A DNA stretch of 58,165 nucleotides, from the NCBI GenBank assembly GCA_028709545.1, contig JAQVWT010000002.1:1-58165 (forward strand), given 5' to 3'. Under the pieces are notes generated by a model that saw only the letters and a program-made list of their open reading frames with translations, searched no databases and was not told the DNA's origin. The stretch comes from Bacilli bacterium. Lineage in GTDB: Bacteria > Bacillota_I > Bacilli_A > RF39 > UBA660. Shown here in pieces: positions 1 through 9,314 of the stretch. A program made the translations under genes and the position numbers. Position 1 is the stretch's first letter. Each line of letters starts with the position of its first letter.

Positions 1-219
1 ATAATCATACCATTCTGAGTCGTATATATTTGTTTCTATTTCATTAAAAGAGTCATCCCACTTGACTGGAGTCATGCCCGTAAATAAGACGGGTTTATTT
101 ACGCCTTTTGATTCATTATAAGGAATACTATCGTAATCAAAGTTTTCTACTATAACATGGGCTTTGATTTGTTTTTCTTGATTCTCATTTTGATCATAGT
201 TTTCATTTGGAAAATATAG

Positions 220-699
220 TTATAAATTATAAGTATGAACTTTATCAGTCGAAGTTGGTACTGTGAAGTTTCCATAACCTAAAGTATATGTTCCTTCACC
301 ACTTCTTATATTTGTAAGGACATTAATCGGTGCGGCAACATTTCCACTATTATCATTGTTAGTGCTTATCATTTTATATTGAATAGCGTTTTCAGAAAAT
401 GTATTTTCTTCTACTACTAAACTTATTTTATATCCCATTGGTGTATTAGTATTATTAAAGCCAGTTACAGTAAATGTTTTGGTTCCAAATGGAGTACTAC
501 TTGGTTCAATAGCATCAACATCAACTTCACTTCCACCACTAAAAGTAATAAGCATTTTACCACCTTTAGCAGTGATAGTAGTTGTTTCTTCACTACCAGT
601 TATATTTGCAGTAAAATAGGCAAAAGATAACCCTATTGTTATAAGTAATAATATTGCAATACTTAGTACTGCTGATAAAATCATGTTTTTCTTCTGCAT
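220..699 (-). CDS. N-terminally anchored secreted/surface protein (N-terminal part). The reading frame continues in frame past its TAA to the window edge.
   Basis: Hydrophobic N-terminal anchor followed by SFAYFT. The beta-rich TFTVTG segment resembles the N-terminal region of the DGR target at 34533..36080 (ISYAYWR...YTFKVTN). The frame stays open from 219 to 1 after the stop. Confidence 0.5.
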   Translation of the reverse strand: MQKKNMILSAVLSIAILLLITIGLSFAYFTANITGSEETTTITAKGGKMLITFSGGSEVDVDAIEPSSTPFGTKTFTVTGFNNTNTPMGYKISLVVEENTFSENAIQYKMISTNNDNSGNVAAPINVLTNIRSGEGTYTLGYGNFTVPTSTDKVHTYNL

Positions 700-762
700 C
701 TATGTTCACATCCTATATTAATACTATCATTTTTATTTTACTTATTCAATATAAAGTAGATA

Positions 763-1494
763 TTATTTATAATCTATGATTGTTTCTAAAAACTTTTTAC
801 TTTTTAAATATAGACCTGTATATCTATCATAATAGACATTAATAAATTTATTTATATTATTAATAACAGTATCACTTATTTTTAAATCTGTTATTGAAGA
901 TATATCAACTAAATAATACATTCTTAACATCTTTAAAGTTTTATCATCATAGATTATTTCATTTTTATAACAGTTTTTGCAGATATATCCACCTACATCA
1001 CCGTCAATTGTTATTATATTTGTTTTTGAGTTGCATTTAGTACACTGATTAAAGTTTATACCGACACCTAGGTAGTCTAAAGCTTTAAGCTCAAAAATAT
1101 TACACATGATTATTGGATTTAATCCTTTATTTATTTTTAAAATAGTTTCTATATATATTTTATATAAATCTTTTTCTCTATTTTGTTTCATTATCTGATA
1201 AGTTAAATCTGATATATAACTTAGATAACTAATTAAGACTAAGTCTTTTTTTATAAGTGATAATTCATCTATAACATCAACTGATTTTATTAGTGATAAT
1301 TTATTTTCTTTATAATAAATCATAAAAGAACCAAAGGTGAATTTTTGAGTATAACTTCTAAGAGGGCTTTTAAGACTCTTAGCCCCCTTAGCGATACATC
1401 CTATTATTCCATCTTTGGTTAATATATTAACTATCTTACTAGTTTCCCCATAGTTAGTTTCGCTTACTATAATTCCTTTTACTTCTTTAAGCAT
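763..1494 (-). CDS. recO: DNA repair protein RecO
   Basis: 243 aa with an N-terminal OB-fold-like region and a CxxC...CxxC zinc motif (CTKCNS...CKNC). Sits in the conserved era-yqzL-recO position. Confidence 0.85.
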   Translation of the reverse strand: MLKEVKGIIVSETNYGETSKIVNILTKDGIIGCIAKGAKSLKSPLRSYTQKFTFGSFMIYYKENKLSLIKSVDVIDELSLIKKDLVLISYLSYISDLTYQIMKQNREKDLYKIYIETILKINKGLNPIIMCNIFELKALDYLGVGINFNQCTKCNSKTNIITIDGDVGGYICKNCYKNEIIYDDKTLKMLRMYYLVDISSITDLKISDTVINNINKFINVYYDRYTGLYLKSKKFLETIIDYK

Positions 1495-1578
1495 TTATTT
1501 ATCACTTCTCTTATATATTAAATAATATTCTATTTTCCCAGTTTTTTTAAATAATTCCCAAGCTTCCTTTTTATTCAT
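1495..1578 (-). CDS. YqzL-like small protein (27 aa), not in the ORF track
   Basis: Translation is MNKKEAWELFKKTGKIEYYLIYKRSDK. It has the W..F..TG.i.YYL pattern of YqzL-family peptides that lie between era and recO in bacilli. AAAGGG RBS; its stop abuts the recO start. Confidence 0.5.
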   Translation of the reverse strand: MNKKEAWELFKKTGKIEYYLIYKRSDK

Positions 1579-1617
1579 TTTTATCCCTTTCTAAAAGTAT
1601 ATTGGGATAAATAATTG

Positions 1618-2967
1618 TTATTTATTCAAATTTTCAGAATTTAATATTAGTTCTCCTCTAATATATTCTTCAAAAGCTAAATAATAAAGATTTTGATATA
1701 GAGGGATATTTTGATTTTTTAAATAATTAATTATTTGATGTTTTTCAGTATCATTATCAAGACAAATACCATTATAAGCACAATATAAAGATAATAGTTC
1801 TTCTTCAGTACACAAACGATTATTACTAATAATTTTATCTGTAAAATTTTGAATCTTAGTTAATTCAATCCGAGAAATTAAGTTTCTTCTTAAACATTGT
1901 CTTGCTTTTTTTAGAAACTTATCTGGTTTTTCATTAATTATACGCCAGTAATCAAGAGCATTAAAACTACTTAACTGCCCATGTTTTTCAATCCCGTTTT
2001 CTAAATAATTATATATAGTCTTAATTAATATTCCAGTTTTTCTATATTCTTCTTCTAAATAATTTTGATATTCATTGTATAAAAGTTTTTCTTTATCAGT
2101 ACCTTTATTAAGAGTTGATAAAACTTTAACAAATGTTTTTGGATTTAAAGCATGTTCGTTAATTAAGTAATCTATATCAAGAGTTGGATTAATACAAAAT
2201 TTAGTTAAAACTTCGATAGTTTTAACTTTAGATATAGTTCCCGTACTACTTATATACTCTTTTGAATTATTTTCATTTATTTTATTTTTAATATATTCTT
2301 GGTTTACTTCTAAATGTTTTTTTATTAATGTTAATTTATTAATACTTCTAACCAATTCAGGATTATATTTTAAATATAAATCTATTTTGGTCAGTAAGTG
2401 TTTAGGATCAACTTTGTTATCAATTATTAAATTTAAATAATCTATAACTTTATTAGACTTAAAATTTAAAAGTTTTTCGATAATAGAAAAATCTATTTTA
2501 TCTTTTTGTAGTGATTCAGATCTATTTTTATTAATTACTTTAAATAATTCTAACTTTTCACCATGAGCATATTTCTTAGCATAGTTAAAAGCTTCTGTTC
2601 TAATTTCCTCAGGATTAACATTTCTTTTAAATGCTAAATCAATTAATGCTGATGGGTTATTAGAAGTTTCAATAAATACTTCAAATGACTCTTTTAGTTG
2701 TGTTAGTTCATTATCATTTTTATTTTGACTGTTTTGATATCTTGTTTGAAACATTCGTTCCTTATATGCTTCATACGCATGTAGTTCTTCTTTGGTTGGT
2801 TTTGGTTCAATAACCTGGTTAATATATGAAGAACGATAGCCCTTTAATGTCTTAAGAGCAATGCCAGCTTCTTTGGCAAGATCTTCTAGCCCTTCTCCTT
2901 CATTATATATCGTTATAGTAAAAGCTTGTTTGCCCAGTTCTATCGTTTTACTTCTTTTATATCTCAT
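1618..2967 (-). CDS. Hypothetical 449-aa protein with a possible N-terminal HTH
   Basis: Long ORF with no family I recognise. The N-terminus (LEDLAKEAGIALKTLKGYRSSY) looks helix-turn-helix-like. Inserted between era and yqzL/recO. Confidence 0.5.
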   Translation of the reverse strand: MRYKRSKTIELGKQAFTITIYNEGEGLEDLAKEAGIALKTLKGYRSSYINQVIEPKPTKEELHAYEAYKERMFQTRYQNSQNKNDNELTQLKESFEVFIETSNNPSALIDLAFKRNVNPEEIRTEAFNYAKKYAHGEKLELFKVINKNRSESLQKDKIDFSIIEKLLNFKSNKVIDYLNLIIDNKVDPKHLLTKIDLYLKYNPELVRSINKLTLIKKHLEVNQEYIKNKINENNSKEYISSTGTISKVKTIEVLTKFCINPTLDIDYLINEHALNPKTFVKVLSTLNKGTDKEKLLYNEYQNYLEEEYRKTGILIKTIYNYLENGIEKHGQLSSFNALDYWRIINEKPDKFLKKARQCLRRNLISRIELTKIQNFTDKIISNNRLCTEEELLSLYCAYNGICLDNDTEKHQIINYLKNQNIPLYQNLYYLAFEEYIRGELILNSENLNK

Positions 2968-2982
2968 AATACTCTCCTACTT

Positions 2983-3867
2983 CTAAACAAGCTCTTTAAA
3001 TCCAAGTTCTTGTAAATATTTTTCTTTATCTCGCCAACTTTTTATTGTTTTAACAAAAAGTTCCAAATAAACTTGTTTACCTATTAAATTTTCTATATCA
3101 CGTCTAGCAAGTGAGCCAATATTTTTAAGCATTGATCCTTGCTTACCAATAATTATTTTTTTTAGTGAATCACGGTCAATTATAATATCCACATAAATAT
3201 CAACTACTTGACCTTTATCTTGGTAATGAGTAGTTGCACATGTTATTGAATGAGGTACTTCTTCACTTGTTAAATTAAGTATCTTTTCTCTAACTAGTTC
3301 AGCTACCATAAAATGAATACTAGTATTAGTAACTGTTCCATCATCATAATAAATTACATCATCAGTTAAGTAATCTTTAATAACTTTAATTAATCTTTTT
3401 ATATTATCATTTTTCATCGCACTTATTGGTACGATTTCAGCAAATTCATATAGATCTTTTGACTGACCTATTACTTTAATTATTTCCTCATCAGTAAGTT
3501 TATCTATTTTATTTAATACTAGAATTACTGGAGTATCAGTATTTTTAAAAGTATCAATAATGAATTTATCCCCTTTACCAATACCAGTAGATGCATCAAC
3601 TACAAATAAAATAACATCAATATCTTTAGTCGCATTATAACTTTGACGATTCAAATATTTGCCAAGTTTATCTTTAGGTTTATGAATACCAGGTGTATCT
3701 ATGAAAACAATTTGAGCATTCTCATCGTTATAAACACCTTGAACTGTATTTCTAGTCGTACCAGCAACATTACTAACAATTGCTACTTTATTATCAAGTA
3801 TAGTATTTAAAAGCGTGCTTTTTCCCGTATTAGGTCTACCAACTATACATACAAATCCACTTTTCAT
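2983..3867 (-). CDS. era: GTPase Era
   Basis: G1 motif GRPNTGKST, DTPG, NKID, and a C-terminal KH domain (KIIIGKQGSMLKNIG). Confidence 0.95.
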   Translation of the reverse strand: MKSGFVCIVGRPNTGKSTLLNTILDNKVAIVSNVAGTTRNTVQGVYNDENAQIVFIDTPGIHKPKDKLGKYLNRQSYNATKDIDVILFVVDASTGIGKGDKFIIDTFKNTDTPVILVLNKIDKLTDEEIIKVIGQSKDLYEFAEIVPISAMKNDNIKRLIKVIKDYLTDDVIYYDDGTVTNTSIHFMVAELVREKILNLTSEEVPHSITCATTHYQDKGQVVDIYVDIIIDRDSLKKIIIGKQGSMLKNIGSLARRDIENLIGKQVYLELFVKTIKSWRDKEKYLQELGFKELV

Positions 3868-3883
3868 AAAACTCCTCTTTTCA

Positions 3884-4252
3884 TTAATATATATTAAATA
3901 GTAAATGTCCCGCTTTTAAAACTCTCATATTACGATTTTTATCATATAAGAAAACTTCACTACTAGGTTCAAAATGCTCAGTAATCATATCTTTATTAAT
4001 ATGACGAAGATCATTTATATTATTAGTACTGACCATAATATGAATTTCATTAAAATCATTATATTTATAACCAGCAGTTATAGCTCTTGCAATTGCTACT
4101 TGTTCAGCATATATTGCATCTCTATAAATATCATTTTTTACTGTTACGCCACCAAAAGAACTTCCATCTTTCATAATAACAATACTACTAAAACAGATAG
4201 TATCATTTGGTGAATGTGAATTACTAAGAAGTCTTTCAAGTTCATTTACCAT
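3884..4252 (-). CDS. Cytidine-deaminase-fold paralog lacking zinc ligands (likely pseudo-enzyme subunit)
   Basis: Aligns to the upstream cdd (HSPNDTICFSS..MKDGSSFGGV..). It has YAEQ instead of CAE and no PCxxC motif. Overlaps the cdd stop by 11 nt. Confidence 0.6.
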   Translation of the reverse strand: MVNELERLLSNSHSPNDTICFSSIVIMKDGSSFGGVTVKNDIYRDAIYAEQVAIARAITAGYKYNDFNEIHIMVSTNNINDLRHINKDMITEHFEPSSEVFLYDKNRNMRVLKAGHLLFNIY

Positions 4253-4637
4253 TATTTGCCTCCTTTAAATTAAAAGCGTGAGGACATAAGTCACTGACTA
4301 GAAATTTTTCGTTCTTTCCTAAGCTATTATAGCAGAAAACAGTCGCATTTGCATCAAAGAATTCAACTAGCAACTGCCTACATAGAAAGCAAGGACGAGT
4401 TATTGTCTTGGTCTGTCCCATTACATGCATCTCTTTAAAATCAAAGTTAGTATACCCTTCAGCTATTGCTGATGATACTGCTACTTGCTCCGCACATAAT
4501 CCATTTTTAAATGATGCATTTTCAACATTTACCCCTAAAAATTCTTGACCATCTTTCATAACTACTATACAAGCTGTTTTAAAGTTAGAATATGGTGAAT
4601 AAGAATTTTTAATAATTAATTTTAAATTATCTTTCAT
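4242..4637 (-). CDS. cdd: Cytidine deaminase (homotetrameric type)
   Basis: YSPYSNF, CAEQ (Zn-Cys plus catalytic Glu) and PCFLCRQ (two Zn-Cys). Confidence 0.9.
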   Translation of the reverse strand: MKDNLKLIIKNSYSPYSNFKTACIVVMKDGQEFLGVNVENASFKNGLCAEQVAVSSAIAEGYTNFDFKEMHVMGQTKTITRPCFLCRQLLVEFFDANATVFCYNSLGKNEKFLVSDLCPHAFNLKEANNGK

Positions 4638-5020
4638 ATTAAACCTCTTATTATTTCTATTATTTTTGGAACAAATATTATTAAACCTATTATTACTGCC
4701 ATAATGCTTAAGACCATAACATAGGCTGCAGCGGTATCTTTAGCAAGCATAGCTTTTCTTTTATATTCCTGAGTTGCTAGATCTACTAAATGCTCGATTG
4801 CGGTATTAAGAAGTTCAGCCCCGATTACAAGGCCAATAACTGATACAATAAATATCCATTCAAGTGATGATAACTTTAAAAATAAACCTGCTATAATAAC
4901 TAAAATACCTATTATTGTATGAAACTTCATATTAGGCTCGCTATGAAAAGCATTCTTATACCCTTCAAAAGCATATTTAAAACTCTTATCAACTCTTTTA
5001 AAACTAAATTTCCTTTTCAT
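4634..5020 (-). CDS. dgkA: Diacylglycerol/undecaprenol kinase DgkA family
   Basis: About 128 aa with 3 TM segments and the EPNMKFH and ELLNTAIEHLVD motifs. Sits in the ybeY-dgkA-cdd-era order. Confidence 0.85.
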   Translation of the reverse strand: MKRKFSFKRVDKSFKYAFEGYKNAFHSEPNMKFHTIIGILVIIAGLFLKLSSLEWIFIVSVIGLVIGAELLNTAIEHLVDLATQEYKRKAMLAKDTAAAYVMVLSIMAVIIGLIIFVPKIIEIIRGLI

Positions 5021-5435
5021 TTAATATCTCCTTTTGCAGTCCAAACATTATTTCTTCATCATCCTTATTTTCATGATTATAACCTAGTAAGTGAAGTAGC
5101 CCATGAAGAGCCAGAAATGATAATTCTTGCCTCTGTCCAGTTTGATACTCCTTTGCTTGCTTCATCATTACTGGAACTGATATATATATATCACCTAGCA
5201 TGTTAACTGGACTTTCTAATTTCATCCCATCGTTTAAAGCAAAGGAAAGAACATCTGTGGTTTTAGAAATACCCCGGTACTGAGTATTTAACTTTTTAAT
5301 AACTTCATCACTTGTTAAAATAACTGAAAAATACGAGTTTTTTACCTTTAATTTCTTTAAAGTAAATTTTAGTAAATCATCTAAATAATCATAATCTTGA
5401 TAACCTACTTCATCTATTATATCAAACTGATTCAT
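5004..5435 (-). CDS. ybeY: rRNA maturation endoribonuclease YbeY
   Basis: HGLLHLLGYNH zinc-binding motif; 143 aa. Confidence 0.9.
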   Translation of the reverse strand: MNQFDIIDEVGYQDYDYLDDLLKFTLKKLKVKNSYFSVILTSDEVIKKLNTQYRGISKTTDVLSFALNDGMKLESPVNMLGDIYISVPVMMKQAKEYQTGQRQELSFLALHGLLHLLGYNHENKDDEEIMFGLQKEILNEKEI

Positions 5436-6073
5436 AAAAACACCCCATATAAAGTAAATATTATATAAGCTAGGATTAAAATAACTATAAATAAGATCAC
5501 ATTAAGTAAAATATTGTTTCGTAGTTTAACTGAGTAATATTTTAAGACCTTGCCAGATAGTACATAAATAACATAACCTAAATAACCACCGATTAAATTT
5601 AAAATAATATCATCAATATCAAAACTTCTCCCAATCATACTTTGAATTATTTCAATTGAAAAACTCGTTATAAAAATAACTAATAAATTATAATAATATT
5701 TATTTAATTTACAATAATAAGAAACAAAGAAACCAAATGGTAAAAACAAAATTACATTACCAATTACATTTCTATAAAAAAGAACACTACTCATTCTATA
5801 TCTAAAAATTTCTTTAAAAGGAATAAAGTTATTACTAAAAGAGTGAAAATCAGTACTAGTGACAAGTTCAAAAAGTAAAAGTGCATAGATAACAAAACAT
5901 AAACTAATAAGCTCTTTATATAATACAAAAGGTTTATTATTAGTTTTTAAATAGACCGTTCTAATCGTAATTAAAACAATAATAAATAAAGTAAGCATCG
6001 GCCATAATTCATATATAACTTTAGTTGCTATTTTCGGGATCAACTTCATCACTTCCAATATCATAATATTCAT
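5432..6073 (-). CDS. VanZ-like family membrane protein
   Basis: Multi-TM protein with the GRSFDIDDIILNLIGGYLGY motif typical of VanZ-like proteins. Confidence 0.6.
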   Translation of the reverse strand: MNIMILEVMKLIPKIATKVIYELWPMLTLFIIVLITIRTVYLKTNNKPFVLYKELISLCFVIYALLLFELVTSTDFHSFSNNFIPFKEIFRYRMSSVLFYRNVIGNVILFLPFGFFVSYYCKLNKYYYNLLVIFITSFSIEIIQSMIGRSFDIDDIILNLIGGYLGYVIYVLSGKVLKYYSVKLRNNILLNVILFIVILILAYIIFTLYGVFL

Positions 6074-7172
6074 ACTTACTAATCAGCTGATTAGTAATAA
6101 CAAATACTCTTAATAACATTGTACTATTATTTTCTTCTTTTTTCAAAACTTTTTGACTAATTACCTTACCTTTTCCATTTAATTTTATTAAAAACTCTTC
6201 TTCAATCTTTTTTAAGGCAAGTTCCTCTGCTTTTTCTTTTGAATAATCAATTGTTTTAAGAACATATTCTTCTTCATTATAAAAAGAAATATTAAAACCT
6301 AATATATTTAATTTCTTAAGATTAGTTTGCTCAAAATATTTAAATTTATTTCTAAATAATATTTTATTATTTAAGCTTAAATTAAATCTTTTTTTACCAG
6401 TATATTCTTTTTCTTCTTTTTGCATCGGATAACTAATATCGGTTGTATACCAAACATCACCATAAACCTCACCCTTAGCAAAAACATTACCTTTTACCTC
6501 TTCATAAAGTTTAATCTCCCCAGATATTAAAACACTGCCCTTTTTAACATAATCCCCGCTTCTAACAAGAACACTTCCTCTAGATGAAATAATTTTAGTA
6601 ATAAGTGCATCTTTTGTTGCAACAAGATGAGCATATCCTTCATCCTTAGTTATTTCGGTAATTATTCTTTCTTCAATTCTAACTACATAGGTCATACCTC
6701 TTCTCGTAATACTAAGCCACTCTAAAGTATTAGGGTTATTTTTCAAAATATTGTTTTTAATTATATTAAGCTGATCAAAGTCTTTAGCAAGTGATATTTT
6801 ATCAATACCATTTTCTATTAAATTTTCTTTAACTAGTTTTCTTATATTACTATTTTCATGAATAATATCTACTTTTACAATAAAGTTAGTACTAATATCC
6901 ATTAAAATAAAACAAAAAATAACAATTAAATAAATATATATATACTTTTTAAAATGTCTCTTTATACCTTTTGTACCTTCATATTTAACTATTTTAATAT
7001 TACTGTAATAATTAAGTCTTTTGACTTTAGTATAATCTTCAAGTTTTATTTTAACTAATATATTATCTTTATCAATATAACTAACTTCAAATAAATTTAT
7101 TTTATAATCAATACATTTTCTAATAAACCTATTAATATGTTTACTAACTTTAATAATTATTAAATTAGTCAT
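6021..7172 (-). CDS. yqfD: Sporulation protein YqfD-like
   Basis: About 380 aa with a single central TM. Lies directly after a YqfC-like gene and upstream of ybeY, as in the Bacillus yqf operon. Confidence 0.6.
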   Translation of the reverse strand: MTNLIIIKVSKHINRFIRKCIDYKINLFEVSYIDKDNILVKIKLEDYTKVKRLNYYSNIKIVKYEGTKGIKRHFKKYIYIYLIVIFCFILMDISTNFIVKVDIIHENSNIRKLVKENLIENGIDKISLAKDFDQLNIIKNNILKNNPNTLEWLSITRRGMTYVVRIEERIITEITKDEGYAHLVATKDALITKIISSRGSVLVRSGDYVKKGSVLISGEIKLYEEVKGNVFAKGEVYGDVWYTTDISYPMQKEEKEYTGKKRFNLSLNNKILFRNKFKYFEQTNLKKLNILGFNISFYNEEEYVLKTIDYSKEKAEELALKKIEEEFLIKLNGKGKVISQKVLKKEENNSTMLLRVFVITNQLISKYEYYDIGSDEVDPENSN

Positions 7173-7398
7173 ATTTCACACTTTCAATAATGCCTTCAAT
7201 TAATAATTCATGAACATGCATCTTCTTTATAAGCATATTTTTTCCTTTTATTTTAATTAAAGTATCTTTTAAAGATACTTTAATTAAATCATTATTAAAA
7301 CTAACTATTTCTAGATAGTTATATATATATACTCTATTTTTATATAAACAAATATAGTAATCGGTATTCTTTAAGGCATTATTAATAACATCAAGCAT
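7165..7398 (-). CDS. yqfC: Sporulation protein YqfC-like (YabP/YqfC family)
   Basis: 77 aa; size and position immediately upstream of yqfD. Confidence 0.5.
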   Translation of the reverse strand: MLDVINNALKNTDYYICLYKNRVYIYNYLEIVSFNNDLIKVSLKDTLIKIKGKNMLIKKMHVHELLIEGIIESVKYD

Positions 7399-7423
7399 TT
7401 ACTTAATCACCTGCTAAATTATA

Positions 7424-7458
7424 TGCAAAAAAATAGCAAGCTATTATTATAACTTGCT
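7424..7458 (-). terminator. Rho-independent terminator after the yqeY-like gene
   Basis: Stem AGCAAG / CTTGCT, followed by a U-run on the minus strand. Confidence 0.5.
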
Positions 7459-7893
7459 TAGCGCATCTCTTACAAGATTGCTGACTTTTTTCATATCAGC
7501 ACGCGCTCCATATTTAGTTTGAACTAATTTTATAATCGTCCCCATCTGTTTAATATCAGTCGGTTTTTCTTCTAAAATAATATCATCCACTATTTTAGAT
7601 AATTCTTCATCAGTTAATTCTTCTGGTAAATATTTACTTAAAATATCAATTTCTTTAGCTAAATTATCAGCTAAATCTTCTCTATTATAAGATAAATATT
7701 CCTCACGCGAATCTTTTCGCACCTTAACTTGTTTTTTTATAATTGAAAGCAGTTCAGTTTCATCAAGGGCATCTCTTTTATTAATTTCCGCATTTTTAAT
7801 TTCACTTTTCAGCATTCTTAAAACTGATAATTTAAACTTCTCTCCAGCTTTTAACGCTGCAGTTAAGTCAGCATTTAATTTGTCTAGCATCAT
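7447..7893 (-). CDS. GatB/YqeY domain protein
   Basis: 148 aa; LTAALKAGEK..LSVLRMLKSEIKNAEI is typical of the YqeY family. Adjacent to rpsU. Confidence 0.85.
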   Translation of the reverse strand: MMLDKLNADLTAALKAGEKFKLSVLRMLKSEIKNAEINKRDALDETELLSIIKKQVKVRKDSREEYLSYNREDLADNLAKEIDILSKYLPEELTDEELSKIVDDIILEEKPTDIKQMGTIIKLVQTKYGARADMKKVSNLVRDALSKL

Positions 7894-7898
7894 ATCAC

Positions 7899-8087
7899 CT
7901 AGTCTCTAGTCTTTCTTTTACGTGAATTTTTAATCATTTCTTTTTGTTCTTCACGTTTTTTAACTCCCGGTTTAGCATAAAATTTATGCTTTTTTAGTTC
8001 AGAAGGGATACCAGATCTAGCTACACCAACTTTAAACCTTTTAATAGCACCGTCAACATTACCGTTTCTAACTTCTACTCTAGTCAT
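7899..8087 (-). CDS. rpsU: 30S ribosomal protein S21
   Basis: 62 aa and basic; the RFK...FY.KP..KR pattern of S21. Confidence 0.9.
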   Translation of the reverse strand: MTRVEVRNGNVDGAIKRFKVGVARSGIPSELKKHKFYAKPGVKKREEQKEMIKNSRKRKTRD

Positions 8088-8116
8088 TATATTTCCCTCC
8101 TTTCAAGCTACTTTGT

Positions 8117-8145
8117 ATTATACCATTGATAAGAGGAGCATGCAA
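8117..8145 (-). promoter_or_regulatory. Sigma-A-type promoter for rpsU
   Basis: Minus strand reads TTGCAT - 17 nt - TATAAT, about 30 nt upstream of the GGAGGG RBS. Confidence 0.55.
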
Positions 8146-8167
8146 GAATAAATTTATAAAAACTCCA

Positions 8168-8196
8168 TATAAAAACTATACGGTTTTCGTATAGTC
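8168..8196 (-). terminator. Rho-independent terminator after trx
   Basis: Stem ACTATACG / CGTATAGT, followed by a U-run on the minus strand. Confidence 0.6.
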
Positions 8197-8202
8197 TTGT
8201 TA

Positions 8203-8505
8203 TTATAAACCTTTAAGAATTTCTTCGATTTCTTCTTTAGTTTTAAAACCTAAAAAAGTAGTGGCAATTTTTTTATTCTTATATATTTCAACAAAAGGAA
8301 TAGACATAATACCTTTTTCTCTTGATAGTTCTTGATGTTTATCAGTATCTACTTTAATTATTTTTATACTATTATCTCTAGTTAGTAAATCTTCAAGTTC
8401 AAGTGATAGCATTTGACATGGTCCACACCAATTAGCAAAATAATCAACTATTGTTATATCTTCTCCTAAAACATCTTCTAAATTTTGTCCGCTTAAAAAT
8501 TCCAT
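8203..8505 (-). CDS. trxA: Thioredoxin
   Basis: WCGPC active site. I place the start at the internal ATG (8505), which has a GAAAGGA RBS. The longer ORF would overlap cvpA. Confidence 0.85.
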   Translation of the reverse strand: MEFLSGQNLEDVLGEDITIVDYFANWCGPCQMLSLELEDLLTRDNSIKIIKVDTDKHQELSREKGIMSIPFVEIYKNKKIATTFLGFKTKEEIEEILKGL

Positions 8506-8506
8506 A

Positions 8507-9223
8507 TTAATCCTTTCTATATTTATCAATAACACTTGTTGCACCAGGTGTTGTTAATCTTTCTTTATTTATTAATTTATCAGCTGATTTAACACTTAAT
8601 ATTTCATATTTTAATAAAACATCTAAGCTATCTAAATTTGCCTCATCTTTATTCAGATTATCTTTGTTATGGTTAACTATATCATAAACTTCTTTAACAG
8701 AGTTATAAGTATCTCCCACTATGCTAGATAAGACAGGGGTCTTTTCCATAACGAAGCCAGCATATTTACTTTCATTTACTTTAGTTGCTGTTCCACTTAT
8801 TAAACTAAATATAAAAACTAGTAAAAAAACTAATATATAGCCTTGGAAGAGTCCAACTAATGCCCCGAGTATTTTACTAGGAAAACCTAATAATAAAGTT
8901 TTATTCATTAAACTATTTACAGCACCAGTTACTTTAGATATTACTCTTAGGATAATAGCTAAGAGTGATATTGTAATTGAATAACTAATTGCTTCATAAA
9001 TTAAAATATTAAAAACAGTTACCCCAGCAAATTTACCACCTAAGCTAAAAAATGGTAAATGTTCATATAATAAACTTGATATTGGGTTTTTTAAATAAAA
9101 CGCTAAAACAAAGACCAACAGTGTACCTATAAATGTTACAACACTATTAATTATTCCTTGTCTAAATCCATTTAATATAGCCATTCCTATGATAATAATA
9201 ATTAAATAATCTATTATATTCAT
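8507..9223 (-). CDS. cvpA: CvpA family membrane protein
   Basis: N-terminus MNIIDYLIIIIIGMAILNGFRQGII and 4 TM segments, typical of the colicin V production protein family. Confidence 0.7.
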   Translation of the reverse strand: MNIIDYLIIIIIGMAILNGFRQGIINSVVTFIGTLLVFVLAFYLKNPISSLLYEHLPFFSLGGKFAGVTVFNILIYEAISYSITISLLAIILRVISKVTGAVNSLMNKTLLLGFPSKILGALVGLFQGYILVFLLVFIFSLISGTATKVNESKYAGFVMEKTPVLSSIVGDTYNSVKEVYDIVNHNKDNLNKDEANLDSLDVLLKYEILSVKSADKLINKERLTTPGATSVIDKYRKD

Positions 9224-9314
9224 AATCTTTTCACATCCTTATAATTAAGTATATAATAAAACTTTAGAAAAAGAAAGAAAAAATCATGAATCACACTTGC
9301 GACCCATTTATTAA

